In this document: positions 13,318-25,379 of the stretch, one piece after another | How the letters are laid out: every line of letters begins with the position of its first letter | Position numbering within the stretch: the stretch's first letter is position 1 | Source of the DNA: Daphnia carinata | Lineage: Eukaryota | Direction of reading: 5' to 3' | Assembly: GCF_022539665.2 (NCBI RefSeq) | Contig: NC_081331.1 | Coordinates: forward strand, 7,564,001 to 7,628,000 | DNA: 64,000 bases | Notes under the pieces: generated by a model | What the model saw: only the letters and a program-made list of their open reading frames with translations | The model's database searches: none | Told to the model about the DNA's origin: nothing | Position numbers and translations under genes: made by a program

Positions 13318-14245
13318 TTGACTCAAATAAACTTAGTCCGCATCTTGAATGTTATCACGTGCAATTTAATTGTTATCTGCATCAACTATTTAAATCCCTA
13401 TTTGTGTCTCGCCGACATGCTAACGAGTTGTATCACGTCTCATTTACCCAACGCAGAAAATGCGTTACCCTAATGATAGACATTCCGGTTCATCACAAAA
13501 AATTCACGAAGGAAGGATGAAAACTTCAGTCAATGTAATCGGTCTTCATCTATGGTTTTATCTATTTTAATGGAATTTGAATTCAGAAACGCACATTTTC
13601 AAAGGCTATGAGGTGGAGCTCGGCAAGTCGGAAGTTTCTGACGGAAAATGGCAAAACTTTGAGATATAGATAACCTATTCATAGAAAATGTTAAATCATT
13701 CCTAACATAAGTCATCATAGGGTGCTTCTCTTGAAAACAAGGTTTAAAAGTTCAAATCTATTAACAAATGGCGGGTTGCGGATACTATTAGCTGTTTTAT
13801 TTACGAATTTTTAAAGGAGAACGTGTAGGCCTTCACGTGTCTTGGTGAGTAAAAAGCTGTGTTGGGGAAGAGTGTAAAAGTATATTTTCTGTTCGTTCGC
13901 TTGCCCTATCTTCGTTTGAATATAACTTTGGGGGTTCGCCTACAGAATAGAAATGCGATTTATATGTTAAGGGAGGGCAATAATACTGACCGAATTCAAA
14001 TAACGACCTATTACCAACTACATTTTGCTTGAAACATGGCTTGTCCATGCCCGGTATCGTTAATTTTGTTTACATCTTCAATATATAATCAATTCGACTT
14101 TATCAAAACGACTAGCTAAGAACTTTTTATCTGTTCATGAAAAGGTATGGGCTTTTAAAAGGAGGTTAAAAACTTATGTAACACCGCAATGCCTGAATTA
14201 AGACCATTGAAACGACGAGGTAGCCTATCTATCTAAATTTCAGAT

Positions 14246-16180
14246 TGTAACGCACAGCACACTTAGGCTTATGCAATCCGTGCTACGTATGCATTAAGAA
14301 AGGTAAAACAGGAGCAATACCTAAGAAGTCAACGTGGGACAGCGTCGAGAAGAAGATTCAAACGGCCTCTAGAGATCGGCCATTCCATTCCAAATTCAGA
14401 AGTGGAATCTCTGAATCCGATCGGCAAATCAAGGAGAGTCGGGTTCACTGTGTGGATTTCAAAAATTTGTGCTACACAAGAAAACAAGGGGCAGTGATCT
14501 TGAAGAAGAATCGATTGTCGAACAAGACGAACCGTGTGAGGAAGTGACTTCAAGGAAGTGTTAGAAGGAACCCCTGACGGAAGTCCCGGTGAACTAATGG
14601 CGTCACGGGTGGAGCTTCATTGGCCGGAGAAGAGGGATCAAGAGCAGAGCGAGACGATTTTAGCTGGCGAGCCCCAACTGCCTCATTCAATTAGTCATCG
14701 ATAGCTAAGTCGTGACACTAAGGTGAAAATTCTGAAGTTTTGCGAAAATCAACCGGTGAAGCAATGGCTCAACGACCGCTTATTCCAAAACTGAAGTACA
14801 GAGAACCTCCGATCTTCTTTGGAAAGATTAACGAAGACCTTACGGGTTGGTTGGAGCGCTAAGAGAGTGTTGCAGGATACAACCGATGGAGAGACGAAGA
14901 AGAACGAGAAAACTTCGGATTGTTCCTGAAAGAAACTGCTCGGAACTTGTTTCTCTCAGCTGGAAAATTTACCGAGTGGGAAGACGTCCCGTAGTTGCTG
15001 CGGTGCCAGGAGTCCAAGCCGTTTTCGCAATGATAGGATTGGGGACCAAATTTCTTCTTGAATTTCAACCGCAGAACTACACTCGATACGAGAAAGCAAA
15101 TTTACGGCAGCGGTAAGCAAGGAATCGACGACTCAGGAGAAGATTATTTCTATGACGTCATCTGTTTGTGCCGGAAAGTAGATCCAAGAATGTCAGAAGA
15201 GGCAAAAGTGGATTACTTCCTCGGGGTGCTACACCCAACGTTGTTGGAGGAAATATCGATTGTCAACCCTACAACGATAAAAATCTTTAGCAGCACTAAA
15301 GCTCAATACAGAAGTTTCGGAAGTTGCTGGCCGACCAGTGTTATCGGTAGCCTCACCTATTCTACAGGAAGAGCTACAAGCGAAATAGTTTTTCTGTAAG
15401 GCACGCTGTGTGGTAACAGCTAATGGACAAAAACCTCATCCAACGAGAACCATTGAGCTGGAAGTGGAGCATCGAGGCATAAAAGCCAAAGAAGAGGTGA
15501 CTGTGCTTGCTTTGACGGGCATTTAACTGGTGCTAGGAAATAAATTGCTCAAACAATTCAACAGATTGGAAATAAATTACGATGGTAATGGGCCAGATTT
15601 GATTTTGAAGAGATTGCCCATCAACATGATTGAAGAAGAAACTGTGGACGAGGGTGAGCAAAGAGACGAGGAGAAGCAGGAGAAACATTCCACAGAACGT
15701 AACGCCATTTTGGTGCTGGAGAAAGAAAAAGTTCCACAGATTTATCCACGGGAACAGACTTGATTCCACGGCGAGCTCAGTTGGCAGAAATCCTACCATA
15801 ACGGGAGGCTGAAGAATTAATAGACGTGTTGCCGGAATTCAGTCCTTCCTTCCCCTGGAAAGCACCAAAATTGGAATGTGTTAGGTGGTGGAATACCAAA
15901 TCAACACTGGTATGTCGCCACCGGTACATCAAGTTCCTTACAAAAATCTATGGAAAGAAAGATCCATCATACAGAAATAAGTTGAAAAAAATAATAGAGA
16001 AACAAGTAATTGAACAATCCAACAGCCTTTGGGCGTCGCAAGGGTGTTCTGGTGAAGAAAAACGACACTAGGAACTTTGTGTTGACTACCGTCGACTTAA
16101 TGGTGTCTCGGCGAAGGAAGTACCCATTACCAAGATTGAGGAAACATTGTCCCGAATGGGCAATGCCTGCATTTTCTCTA
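14246..16180 (+). mobile_element. Decayed Gypsy fragment (possible LTR, gag, PR remnant, RT N-terminus)
   Basis: Gag KYREPPIFFG..GWLER..AGYNRW and EDYFYDVICLCRKVDP; LLGNKLL; RT start IEQSNSLWAS..VLVKK..VDYRRLN. TGTAAC at 14246 is a candidate LTR start. Confidence 0.7.
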
Positions 16181-16499
16181 CAATGGCCAGAAAACGAACG
16201 TTTTCCTAAAGTGAAACTGCAGCACACTGTAGTACCCGAGATAGCCGTTGGCACAACCATCAGCAATGACGGCTCTTCCCTGGCCACCCTTGACTGGATG
16301 ACTGATGATAAAGTAGATTGACCCGTTTTCGAATTCGCCGAACTCACGACGTTCTCCGCTCCATTCGGTCGGTACCAATACCTGCGATTACTATTCGGCG
16401 TGACCCATGCAGGCGACGGCTACAAATATATATTTGATGGTAGTGGATTCCGGCCCGATCCCAAGCCGACCAGACCCATTGACGAATTTCCGAAACCAA

Positions 16500-17660
16500 A
16501 AAAGTCACCGATATGAGAGCGTTTTTCGTATTTTGTCACCATGTCGGCAACTTCTCCGACAAAAGTTTCGCCTCTCTGGCTCCTCTTGAACCACAACTGA
16601 AAAAGGGTTTTTAGTGGGAGTGAACTTCGATCAATGACCACGCCTTCAAAGAGGCCAGACCCGGTTTCTCTTCCATTCCTGAACCGCATTTTTACGACCT
16701 TTCCGTCTCAAGGGCCTTGGTATCGTCCTGAAAGAACAAGGAACACAGTGCAATTGCAAGATGGTGCAAGCTGGATTGCAAATTTTATCCAACGCAGAAA
16801 CCCGTTACGCGATGGTTGAGTTAGAATGCTTGTGGGCCGCATGTGCCTTGCAGAAATTCTGGCAGTTCCTTGAAGGCCTGCACATGTTTTGAGCTAGTAA
16901 CCGACTACCAGCCATTTGTCCCCATCCTGAATAAATACACCTTGGAGAAACTAGATAACCCACCACTGCTGCGTCTCCGTCTAAAATTGCAACAGTACGA
17001 CTTTCGAGCCAGATGAATCCATGGAAAGACCAAACTCGGCTCTGATGCGCTCAGCCGGTCACCAGTTGACAAAGCCATACCATCCGATGAAATCGCGGAA
17101 GGCGTCCCAACAAACTCCACCGATATTGCCATTATTAATAAAATCGGCGATTAAGACACCGCGGTCTTGGACCCAGTCTTGGAACGAATTAAAAGCGTTG
17201 CAGCCGGTCACCAGTTGACAAAGCCATACCATCCGATGAAATCGCGGAAGGCGTCCCAACAAACTCCACCGATATTGCCATTATTAATAAAATCGGCGAT
17301 TAAGACACCGCGGTCTTGGACCCAGTCTTGGAACGAATAAAAAGCGTTGCAGCAACGTACCCGACTGACCTGAGTTACGGGAGACCATCGTACGGGGTCT
17401 TCCGCCAACAAATGCAGCCTTAGAGCGTCCTTTAGATCCTACTGGTGCGTGCACCATGGACTAGCTATCGTCGACACCGATGGCACGATCGTGTCCGGTC
17501 ACGCATAGGCATTCCCAAAGGCATCCACCAGGATGTACTAAAAGACCTACTCCGGATGCACCAAGGAGCTATCAAGCTCCGTCAACGCGCCCGTCTATCC
17601 ATCTACTGGCCACACATGGACGTGGACATAGAGAATGCGGCACAAACCTCACAACGTTTT
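16500..17660 (+). mobile_element. Second Gypsy pol fragment (RNase H to integrase zinc finger)
   Basis: YAMVELEC, FELVTDYQP, RLRLKLQQYDF, MHQGAIKLRQRARLSIYWPHMDVDIE. Confidence 0.8.
17052..17349 (+). repeat. Near-perfect 149-bp tandem duplication
   Basis: Units 17052-17200 and 17201-17349, with CAGC microhomology at the junctions. Confidence 0.95.
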
Positions 17661-17879
17661 GTGTCATCATTCAGTAGCAATTTAAACATTTTCTTAATAT
17701 AATCAAGAATTTGCGGGAACGACATAATAAGTGCGCAGACGACACAAACAATTCTGTCAGTTTAACATTGGGTCTGGGCAAGTGTGCAAGTACAATCTTT
17801 GGTTTCTGGCAAGATTTAAAATTTTTAATTAATAAAATTTAATATTAATTTCTTGTTGGTTTTTCCAAAGACTGGAGTT

Positions 17880-19250
17880 ATTTCTTATGGCTTCCAATTC
17901 AAGTAATATTCACGATGGAGAAGATCGAGACGAAGACTATGAAAAGGAAATTTATGTTACTTCACATTGAGATCCAGAACCTTTTGATGATTTTCTTTCT
18001 GACTCATCGTCAGTATAGTTAACTAGGTTTCATTTTTATTGTTCATTTTCATATTTTCTAATCTGCTGTAGGGTGAAGGAAAATGAAGCCCGTCAAGTTA
18101 GTGCTGATGGTGTGTCAAATAAGTCAAGAATTCAACTGCCAGCCCAGTATTTCGCACTCATGCAGCACCAGATGAATGGAAAAGGATTTAAGGTTAAATG
18201 CTTATTAGGCCATATGCATAAGACGAAGTATGGAAAAAGGCAGAGCACCTGTTCATAACCAACAACTCGGTGTATAATGCTAAAAGGCATATTAAGGTAC
18301 ACTAGATGCTTTCTAAAAGTGATGGCGTAATAAGATTAATATAAGATTTACTCTCAGTTTATAATGCTTTAATGTTTGTCGTTCCATATTCCAGACAGAA
18401 CACCCTTCCTATCTCTCTAATTTTATTGCTTCGTAGAACAATAAAAGAGAGGAGTCCGCATCTCAAGCAAGTAATAAAACTTAATGATCATTTGCATTCG
18501 AGTTTTTCGAAATTTAAACAAATAAGAGTCCAAGAAGAAATGACGAGGCGATCTTGCGACATTAAAAATATTTTATTATATATTTCGAAACAGGACAATA
18601 TATTTTTATTTTATTTTTTATACAGAATCACGTCATCGCAGATGTTATGCCATTAAGCGAAATCGAAGAAGACGGATTCCAGAAGCTTATTGGGGGATTG
18701 ATTGGTCCACTTGTCATCAAACATAGGCGTTCGATGATGAAGATTTTAAACCAAAAATATGCAAGAACTAAATCAAACCTGATTTCAGAATGACGGTTCA
18801 TTGGCTAGGGGAAGGAAAGGATACAGAAGACATTATCTGGCCAAGTGCTTATCTTGGTGTTCGGCGACTTATGGGGCGCACACTTAAGATGTCCTTACCA
18901 AGGCAATGACAGACCTCCGTGCGGAATTCCGTCAACTGCACAATTACAAACAACGGATCTAACTTTTTTAAAGCCTTCAAGATGCTTCCATCTAAGGAAT
19001 AAAAAGATTGCAGGGGCTTCCTGTGACGAAGACGACTAATTGACGATGAAGATGACAGTGAAGACGTCATTTACGTTGACATTGGATTAATTTTGGATAA
19101 TCGCAACGAAATTCAAGTGGAGGTAAAAAGCGGCGAGTCAACAAATTGAGCGAAAGGCAACCCAAGTGGAGATGGAGTTTGACAGTGGCAGTGACATTTG
19201 CGACGTTGATGATAAAAATGAAAAGAAAGCATCAACTGAATAAACTAGCG
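17880..19250 (+). pseudogene. Intron-containing relic, possibly a BED-finger/hAT-type transposase
   Basis: FKVKCLL..NSVYNAKRHIK followed by a GT donor (BED-like), and IEEDGFQKL (resembles hAT FSIVEDEGF). Short GT-AG introns. Confidence 0.4.
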
Positions 19251-19491
19251 AAAAAAGACAAATTTATCGTATGAATGGCCGACATTGACTCATGGATAAT
19301 CTGACTTGTGTTCTATTATTTACAAGCCGTGTCGTGATAGTTTTGTATAACATTACCCTAGCATGCCTTCCACGATCGTTGAAAATTAAAAAAAAATCTT
19401 TAAAGGTTTAGTGACTTCGTTAATCACTGACTCACAAAAAAAGGTCTTTCCTGGTCGAAAATAATTAAAATGGATTTGTTATTATTAGTAG

Positions 19492-20224
19492 TGTAAAGCA
19501 TCTTCCCGTGTGGGAAGACGGACTTTACGGAATGAAGACAATAAAAGATATTGAACTCAGAGGCGGTTTACCCACAATGACGTATGTGTTTATTGTAAGC
19601 TAAGACATAAGAATTAAAAAGACAAGAGAACAAAAGACAAGAAGAAACATTCAAGAAACAAATTAAAAGAGGGGACAAATTAACAGGGTCTTACCGTGAA
19701 CTCACGAGTGAAAGAATGGAAGATAAACGACACAAGGCGAACCTGGAAGTCAGCTTCCACACGAGCGGTACACAACAAGAGTTCATATACGTAAGAATTG
19801 ACAATCAACGTCCGGAATAGCTCAGGACGAGAACGAGTTTTTACTCAAAGGTTTAGTTAAGGAAACATTAAGTAAGGCACAATACTACTCAATGAAGCGA
19901 GGAAGATTGACTTAAGGCAACTACTTGGCACGGCTGCAACTACTTGTCTGATTTCCGTCAACTGCTAGATTTATCACAAAACTTTGCATATTGCAAAAGT
20001 GGCGTGATTGGGCGGAGCTTGTGCATTCAGGCGGCAGCCAATTAAAAGATGCCGTTCGACGTGGCGTGATGTTGAGGACGTATCGTCTGCGTGAGTCAGC
20101 TGCAGGTGTTCATTTGGGTCAGCTGCACTGCGTATATGGTGTTGCAATTGCCATGTCCAGACTTGTGTTTACTACTGAAGCAAAAGCGAGAAAAAGTTAA
20201 AGTAATATATTCGGCTTCGTTATA
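19492..20224 (-). repeat. 3' LTR of element B
   Basis: About 97% identical to 34820-35546 by manual comparison (roughly 18 substitutions, 2 indels). One terminus mutated (TTATA vs TTACA). Confidence 0.96.
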
Positions 20225-20299
20225 TCACTCCCGGCGGCGTGAGATTACGTCCCGTAATCAGAGTTTACGCATCGGAATCGATTCGGGAGTTGCAGGTCT

Positions 20300-21952
20300 T
20301 AGATCATCGGAAGGGCGGCAGCATACAACCCAGATGAAGGTAAAAAGACCGCAGGCGTAACATGCGTAAGAAGAGAAGCACTAAGAGACATAATATGCCG
20401 ATGAAGAAATAATTCGTGATGGAGTCCCACCAAGATGTAGAAGTTCCAACGCTAGTCGATGTCACTAAAACACTCGATGCACTGTATTTGTGGCGTAACG
20501 TAAATTCAGGTGGGGGATGTTCTTTATAGCGGGGGCTATATCGGCCATAATGTTCATGTGATTTAGCATATTGTCGGTATATGCCGGGTTACTTCAATGT
20601 TCATAGTCGAAGAACTTGACATTTTCATACCGAAAAGAATGCGCAAGAGTCTGTTCCGGTAACACAATATTAGCTTCGATTGGCTTCCAGGTGTCGTTAC
20701 GGTACGCATAAGATTTGTCATTAAAATTAACAAAACCATTGGTCCAGTAACAAGGGGAATATTTTACAAGTTCCCATCCGTCAAGATTAATAGTGTAGTT
20801 TTGAAATTTCGGTTGAGGCCCGCAAGATGTCAGCATAGTCTCAAATGTAACATTTAAAGCCTTACATTGAATCAATACAGCCGTTTTGCCAAAGGGTTGT
20901 AATTTTGCGCACTGTGGCAAATTTAACTGCGAAGCGGCTAACCATCCGTTATATTGGGCAGTTGTAACAGCCCTTTCATCTTTGGCTTTGCGAGCTTCAC
21001 ATTGGACTAATATGATTTGTCTTGCCAACTCATTTTCATGATCGGTAAGTTGGTCTCGAATATATTGTATATTCGCGGGTACGCTTAGATTTTCGTCGCC
21101 AGATGGCTCCGGAGTATCCAAAGTCACTGTTAAATTTTCCATGATGGCCGCCGTCGAAACGGTGAGTCTTGATTGGCCGATGATCTCAAACGACGAAGTT
21201 CTATTGGTGCATTCGTTTTGCAGGGAGGCACAGCGTTTTATAGGAGTTAAATGGAAATCGAGTTGCTTGGCATCGTCTTGTAGCCTGAAAGTTGTTTCGT
21301 CTGCCGCTAGTCGAACCAATGTGCCTATTGCATCTTCCACCAATCGAGTATTCATTTTAGTTTTTTGAGTGTAAGTTTTGTCCCAAATCAGTGTTAAGTG
21401 ATTATGAGATAAATTTCCAGTGGTAGCAGAAGCTGTTCCGATAGGTGTCGAAAAGTCTCCGTCTTCATGTTGCTGAAAAAGTTGGATCTTCTCGAGAACA
21501 CAATTTATAATTTCAGAATCGATTGTTTGTAACCAATAACCAAGAATCTCAGGTTCGCGATCAAATACATATTTATCGTCCGAAATAGTCATACGATAAT
21601 CATCACATCTTTTATGGTTTATCATGTCGTTGCATACGGCGGGTGAAGTATCAATTGGAATTTTATCCGGCACTATCACTATTTGGCCAAAAAAGTTCAT
21701 TGTGATGTGGCGTATTTTCTTCCATCTGGCGCAAATATAACCGGGAAATTTAGTTGCGGCACGTCCTTCACTATAAATTGCGTATTTCACTTTAACGGCT
21801 TTGTTATCAGGCGTAATTGGTTGACAATTAGCATCGGAGAATTGTAGAATTCCCATCTTCGATGGTTCCGAACAGTCGCATACAGTTGTTTCAAATGCCT
21901 GCGGGTGTAACTCGTAAAGGCATAATAACAGCATAAATGGAATCAGCGACAT
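20300..21952 (-). pseudogene. env: env-like class III glycoprotein of element B (452-aa open part; TM after a frameshift)
   Basis: Signal MSLIPFMLLLCL; Cys-rich ectodomain with sequons; helix IQYIRDQLTDHENELARQIILVQC..YNGWLAAS..FGKTAVLIQC; TM SWWDSITNYFFIGILCLLVLLFLR at ~20360-20435. Confidence 0.9.
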
Positions 21953-22513
21953 TTTCTATAGATGGAAACATATGGTGAACATCGTGATCAATCCAGCAGC
22001 TGATAATGTGGATAAAAGCATAACATGACATCATGTGGGTTTCTTAAAACTACTTAGGGAAAATATAAAAGAAGGTAAAATAATAAGCAAAAGCGGAGGA
22101 GTAGATATGACGGCAATTAGAAAGGTCAACGATCTTCCGTCGGCTTTCCAACAGTTGCCGATGGTCGCGAGCGAGCAAAAATACGCATATAGGGCATGAA
22201 AAACACGTTTTATCTGGAATAAGAGTGAATATTTTTATGTAGCGACTGGTGTCATTGGAAAGAGGAAAGAATAATCCCAATTGTGCAAAAGAAAAATTAA
22301 GGAAAGAACGTATCATTTAGGCAGGAGAAGAAGAAGATGCATGTTACAATTTTAACGACGGGGAAAAACACAGGTCAATTTTCATTAGAGTTACAGCAAA
22401 GGGCGGATACAGATAGAGTAAAAGGCAAGTGAAGCACGAGCAAGGGAAAAAAGGCGCGCTCGGTAGGCTTGAAGGGTGCATTTAATTCTAAGCTCACGCA
22501 AGACGGAACACAG

Positions 22514-22585
22514 GTGCTAATTGCTCAATGACAGAGCACTCAGCTGTGATGCTGGGGGTCTGAGGTTGGAATCCTCAGTAGGACT
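22514..22585 (+). tRNA. tRNA-like element / pseudo-tRNA (GTG in the loop)
   Basis: Acceptor GTGCTAA/GTAGGAC (5 of 7 pairs); D stem GCTC/GAGC; AC stem CTCAG/CTGGG with an 8-nt loop; T arm TGAGG-TTGGAAT-CCTCA. Confidence 0.6.
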
Positions 22586-23237
22586 AGACAACTCATCCAT
22601 CAATAAGGATGCTAACCTACGCAGAATGGTACAGTTCATTATTTATTATTTAAAAAAATAAAATGACGCGAAATCTAGGTTTTATTTTCCAAGTCCAACA
22701 CATGAGAAAGAGCAGGGGAAAGAAGTAAAAATGGCGCTAAAGGGGAACGAACATATGGGGAAGAAAGAAAAAGCGGCTTGTGCGAGACAAGGGACATTTG
22801 TCGCAGACACAAGAGGTTGGGGTAAAATAGGCGTAAATTTCTTTTCGAAATATACGTAGGCTTATGGGGTATATGGACTATTGTTTTTTTTTGTATATAT
22901 ATATTCGAGGGACCCAAGAGAGGGAGGAAAAAGGGAGAAAAAGAATTCAACCAAGAAGGGGAGTATTCCGAGGGAACCGCGGCTCCAAGTTTACTTGGAC
23001 GTTGTCATGAGGGGAATTATTTATTGCTGTGTAGGGTCGGGTAGCCTTCTTCCAAGGGCGCACAACGGTTCGTTTTTCTTTCATTTCGTTTTAAAATTTA
23101 GATTTCTACTTTTATCAAATGGAGATAGAGAAAGAAGAAAAAGTGAAAGAAGAGAGGATGAAGGGTAGCAATTCTACAAGTCAGTATGATCAATTATGCA
23201 TAATTCGTGGTCATCCCCTATGATATATTGGAAATAA

Positions 23238-23310
23238 GGGCGTTGGCTAGGGGGCATAACGTTACAGCTTCTGACTGCGACTCGGGAGTCCTAAGTTCGA
23301 ACAACGTCCT
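23238..23310 (+). tRNA. Second tRNA-like element (GCG loop, 3' T-stem strand missing)
   Basis: Acceptor GGGCGTT/AACGTCC (7 of 7 pairs including G-U); AC arm TCTGA-CTGCGAC-TCGGG; B-box-like GTTCGAAC; TTTT at 23327-23330. Confidence 0.55.
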
Positions 23311-23670
23311 GACCTTGACTAAGAAATTTTACTGGTAGAGTCCTCAGGAGTTAGTGAGGTTAACTATTCCCTAATTGCTATTCTGTGGGTTGATTAACAA
23401 GAACAGCACATATTTTCGTATTTGACGACGCTCTCCTTACTCTCGAATTTGAAATTTATTTTTATAGAGAAAGCTAGCGAAATATTTGCGTTCTACTTTG
23501 TTTATTCATAGCTTAGATATAGGGAATATAATGCGAAGGGGGAAAAACTTTTTTGTTGGAGATAGCGCTCTATACTAAGGGGAATAAGCATTTTGCTACT
23601 TGGGGTGGGAGTAAATAAGGAGATTTTCTTTTGGTGGTCCTTTTTCCGAGCCTTTTCATTTTACGTTGTC

Positions 23671-24105
23671 TTAATTGTGGATGGTGGTGGGGTCGTGCCT
23701 CTGCCGTTTTCGACCTGAGTCCCACAGGTCAGGCGACCAGTTGAAAAGAGGGGGGTGACGCTTCGCCGGATCCAAGTCCAGAATTAGCTTGAGGGTGTTG
23801 ACAGCTCCTCCCCAGTCCTCGGCGTACAGATTGGCGTTCAATGTGCGGGTGAGCGCGGCCGTTCCTTCTTCGACACGGCGCTCGTATCGTTGACGCTCGA
23901 GCTCCCATGATTCCATGTCGTCGAGCTCTGGGGATTGAGGCGTCTGGCTAACGACGTTGGTAGATTTTTCTAGTACTGGAGTCCAATCGTCGTAGATTGG
24001 GATGGAAACCATCGGTGCCATTACTTTTTCAGCTTGCTCGCCGGCACTTAGCCACTCGGAAACTGCCTGGGATTGTTGATTGGTAGAGTTGGCGCACGGG
24101 TCCAT
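23671..24105 (-). CDS. Accessory 144-aa ORF between integrase and env, unknown function
   Basis: Intact ATG-to-TAA ORF, GC-richer than its flanks, acidic/helical with a basic C-terminal RKRQR. Confidence 0.5.
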   Translation of the reverse strand: MDPCANSTNQQSQAVSEWLSAGEQAEKVMAPMVSIPIYDDWTPVLEKSTNVVSQTPQSPELDDMESWELERQRYERRVEEGTAALTRTLNANLYAEDWGGAVNTLKLILDLDPAKRHPPLFNWSPDLWDSGRKRQRHDPTTIHN

Positions 24106-24299
24106 TTTTTCAGAAGTTTAAATTTGGAGCACGATTCGGGTGGACTCGACAACAAGTGTCAAAAACGTTGTGAAGTCCCATAGAAATTTCTCGCTGATAA
24201 ATACACGACGGCTGTTATGTGATCGTTGACTTTGTTTCGAAGGGAGAAAAAAAACTCTCCTAATTCCTATAACGCATTGGTAGTCTTCGATTTCTTTGC

Positions 24300-25370
24300 G
24301 GGCGTCCATTTCCAATTCCATGGTTTCGAATTCCACATTTTACGCATCCACTATTTTTAGTGGACTTTTTTCCATATCCACGTTTTCCGATTCGCTTGTT
24401 GTTAGCTCCATATTTTCCATAGTTTCCATTGTTTGGGTGGAAATCGATTTACGAAATCGATTCTCGAACTTCGAAGGCGTCTCGATAGGGGGACAATGTT
24501 CGTCTTTTCATAACATTGTTTCGTACAGGGGTTTTAGACGGTTAACGTGAGTTCGTTGACAGATGTATGAATTATCAGCAATATCAACTGTATTATTGGA
24601 ATAAACTTTTACAACTCTATAAGGACCTTTATATTTAGAGGTAAATTTCCTACTATCGCCCTCTTTAACTATCCTAATATCTAATAATACTCTATCTCCT
24701 ACCATATACTGTTTTACATTCGCTCTTTTATTATATTGTTCCCTTTGGCGTTTTCTTGCTTTTTCACTCTCCTCACGGAGAGAACTATAACGCAAGCGTT
24801 CAGTTAAGTTACCCACGTAATCCGATGCGGAGGTAAATGTCTTTGGGGAAACGCTAAGGAATTCATTAATAGGTATATTGGGATCTCTACCGTGCAGTAA
24901 ATAATATGGGGTTTCGCAAGTCGAAGAATGGACAGAACTACGGTAAGCGAATAAAACATCATCCAGCATATCCTCCCAATTTTCATGCTCCCCATCTTTT
25001 AATTCCTTTCGCAACATTGTTGTTAACGTTCGATTAAATCGTTCAGTCTCTCCGTTGCTAGCTGGATTATAAGCAGTTGTTAATTTTTGATCAATTTTTA
25101 ATTTTTTACAGAAATAACGGAATAACTTGGACGTAAAATTGGTTCCACGATCGGAATGAATAGCTTTAGGCATACCATGTCGAACTACAATTGTCTTATA
25201 TACGCAATCTGCTATCGTCTGCGTGGTTTGATCTTTTAAAGCAACTGCTTCTACCCATCGGCTGAAATAATCGGTAATAACTAAAATATAACTATTTCCA
25301 TTAGGTGAAATTGGCGTAATAGGACCCAAAAAGTCCATCCCAATGACTTGGAAAGAAGCCTTTGCTATTT
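24300..25370 (-). pseudogene. pol: Integrase core, GPY module and acidic tail of element B
   Basis: GMDFLGP, DYFSRW, SDRGTNF, NPASNGETERFN, KYKGPY. The stop at 24508 aligns with a Trp in element A. Confidence 0.92.
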
Positions 25371-25379
25371 CATCGCCTC

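Larger units (their letters stand above)
9370..13440 (+). mobile_element. Element C: old, pol-deleted relative of element B
   Basis: LTR fragment 9370-9598 resembles 13290-13440. 9605-10140 is homologous to the first ORF of B (SKASFL..LNFFQ vs SKASLL..LSFFQ). An env relic follows. The LTR starts TGTAACGAAGCC at 12876, identical to B's LTR start, after a similar purine-rich tract. Confidence 0.75.

Noticed and set aside
19991..20360. Plus-strand ORFs in the LTR of B (also 35418-35612)
   Set aside because: Short, non-ATG starts, and repeated only because the LTR is repeated.
22514..22585. Functional host tRNA-His gene
   Set aside because: 8-nt anticodon loop, two acceptor mismatches and TTG instead of TTC in the T loop. 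Kept only as tRNA-like.
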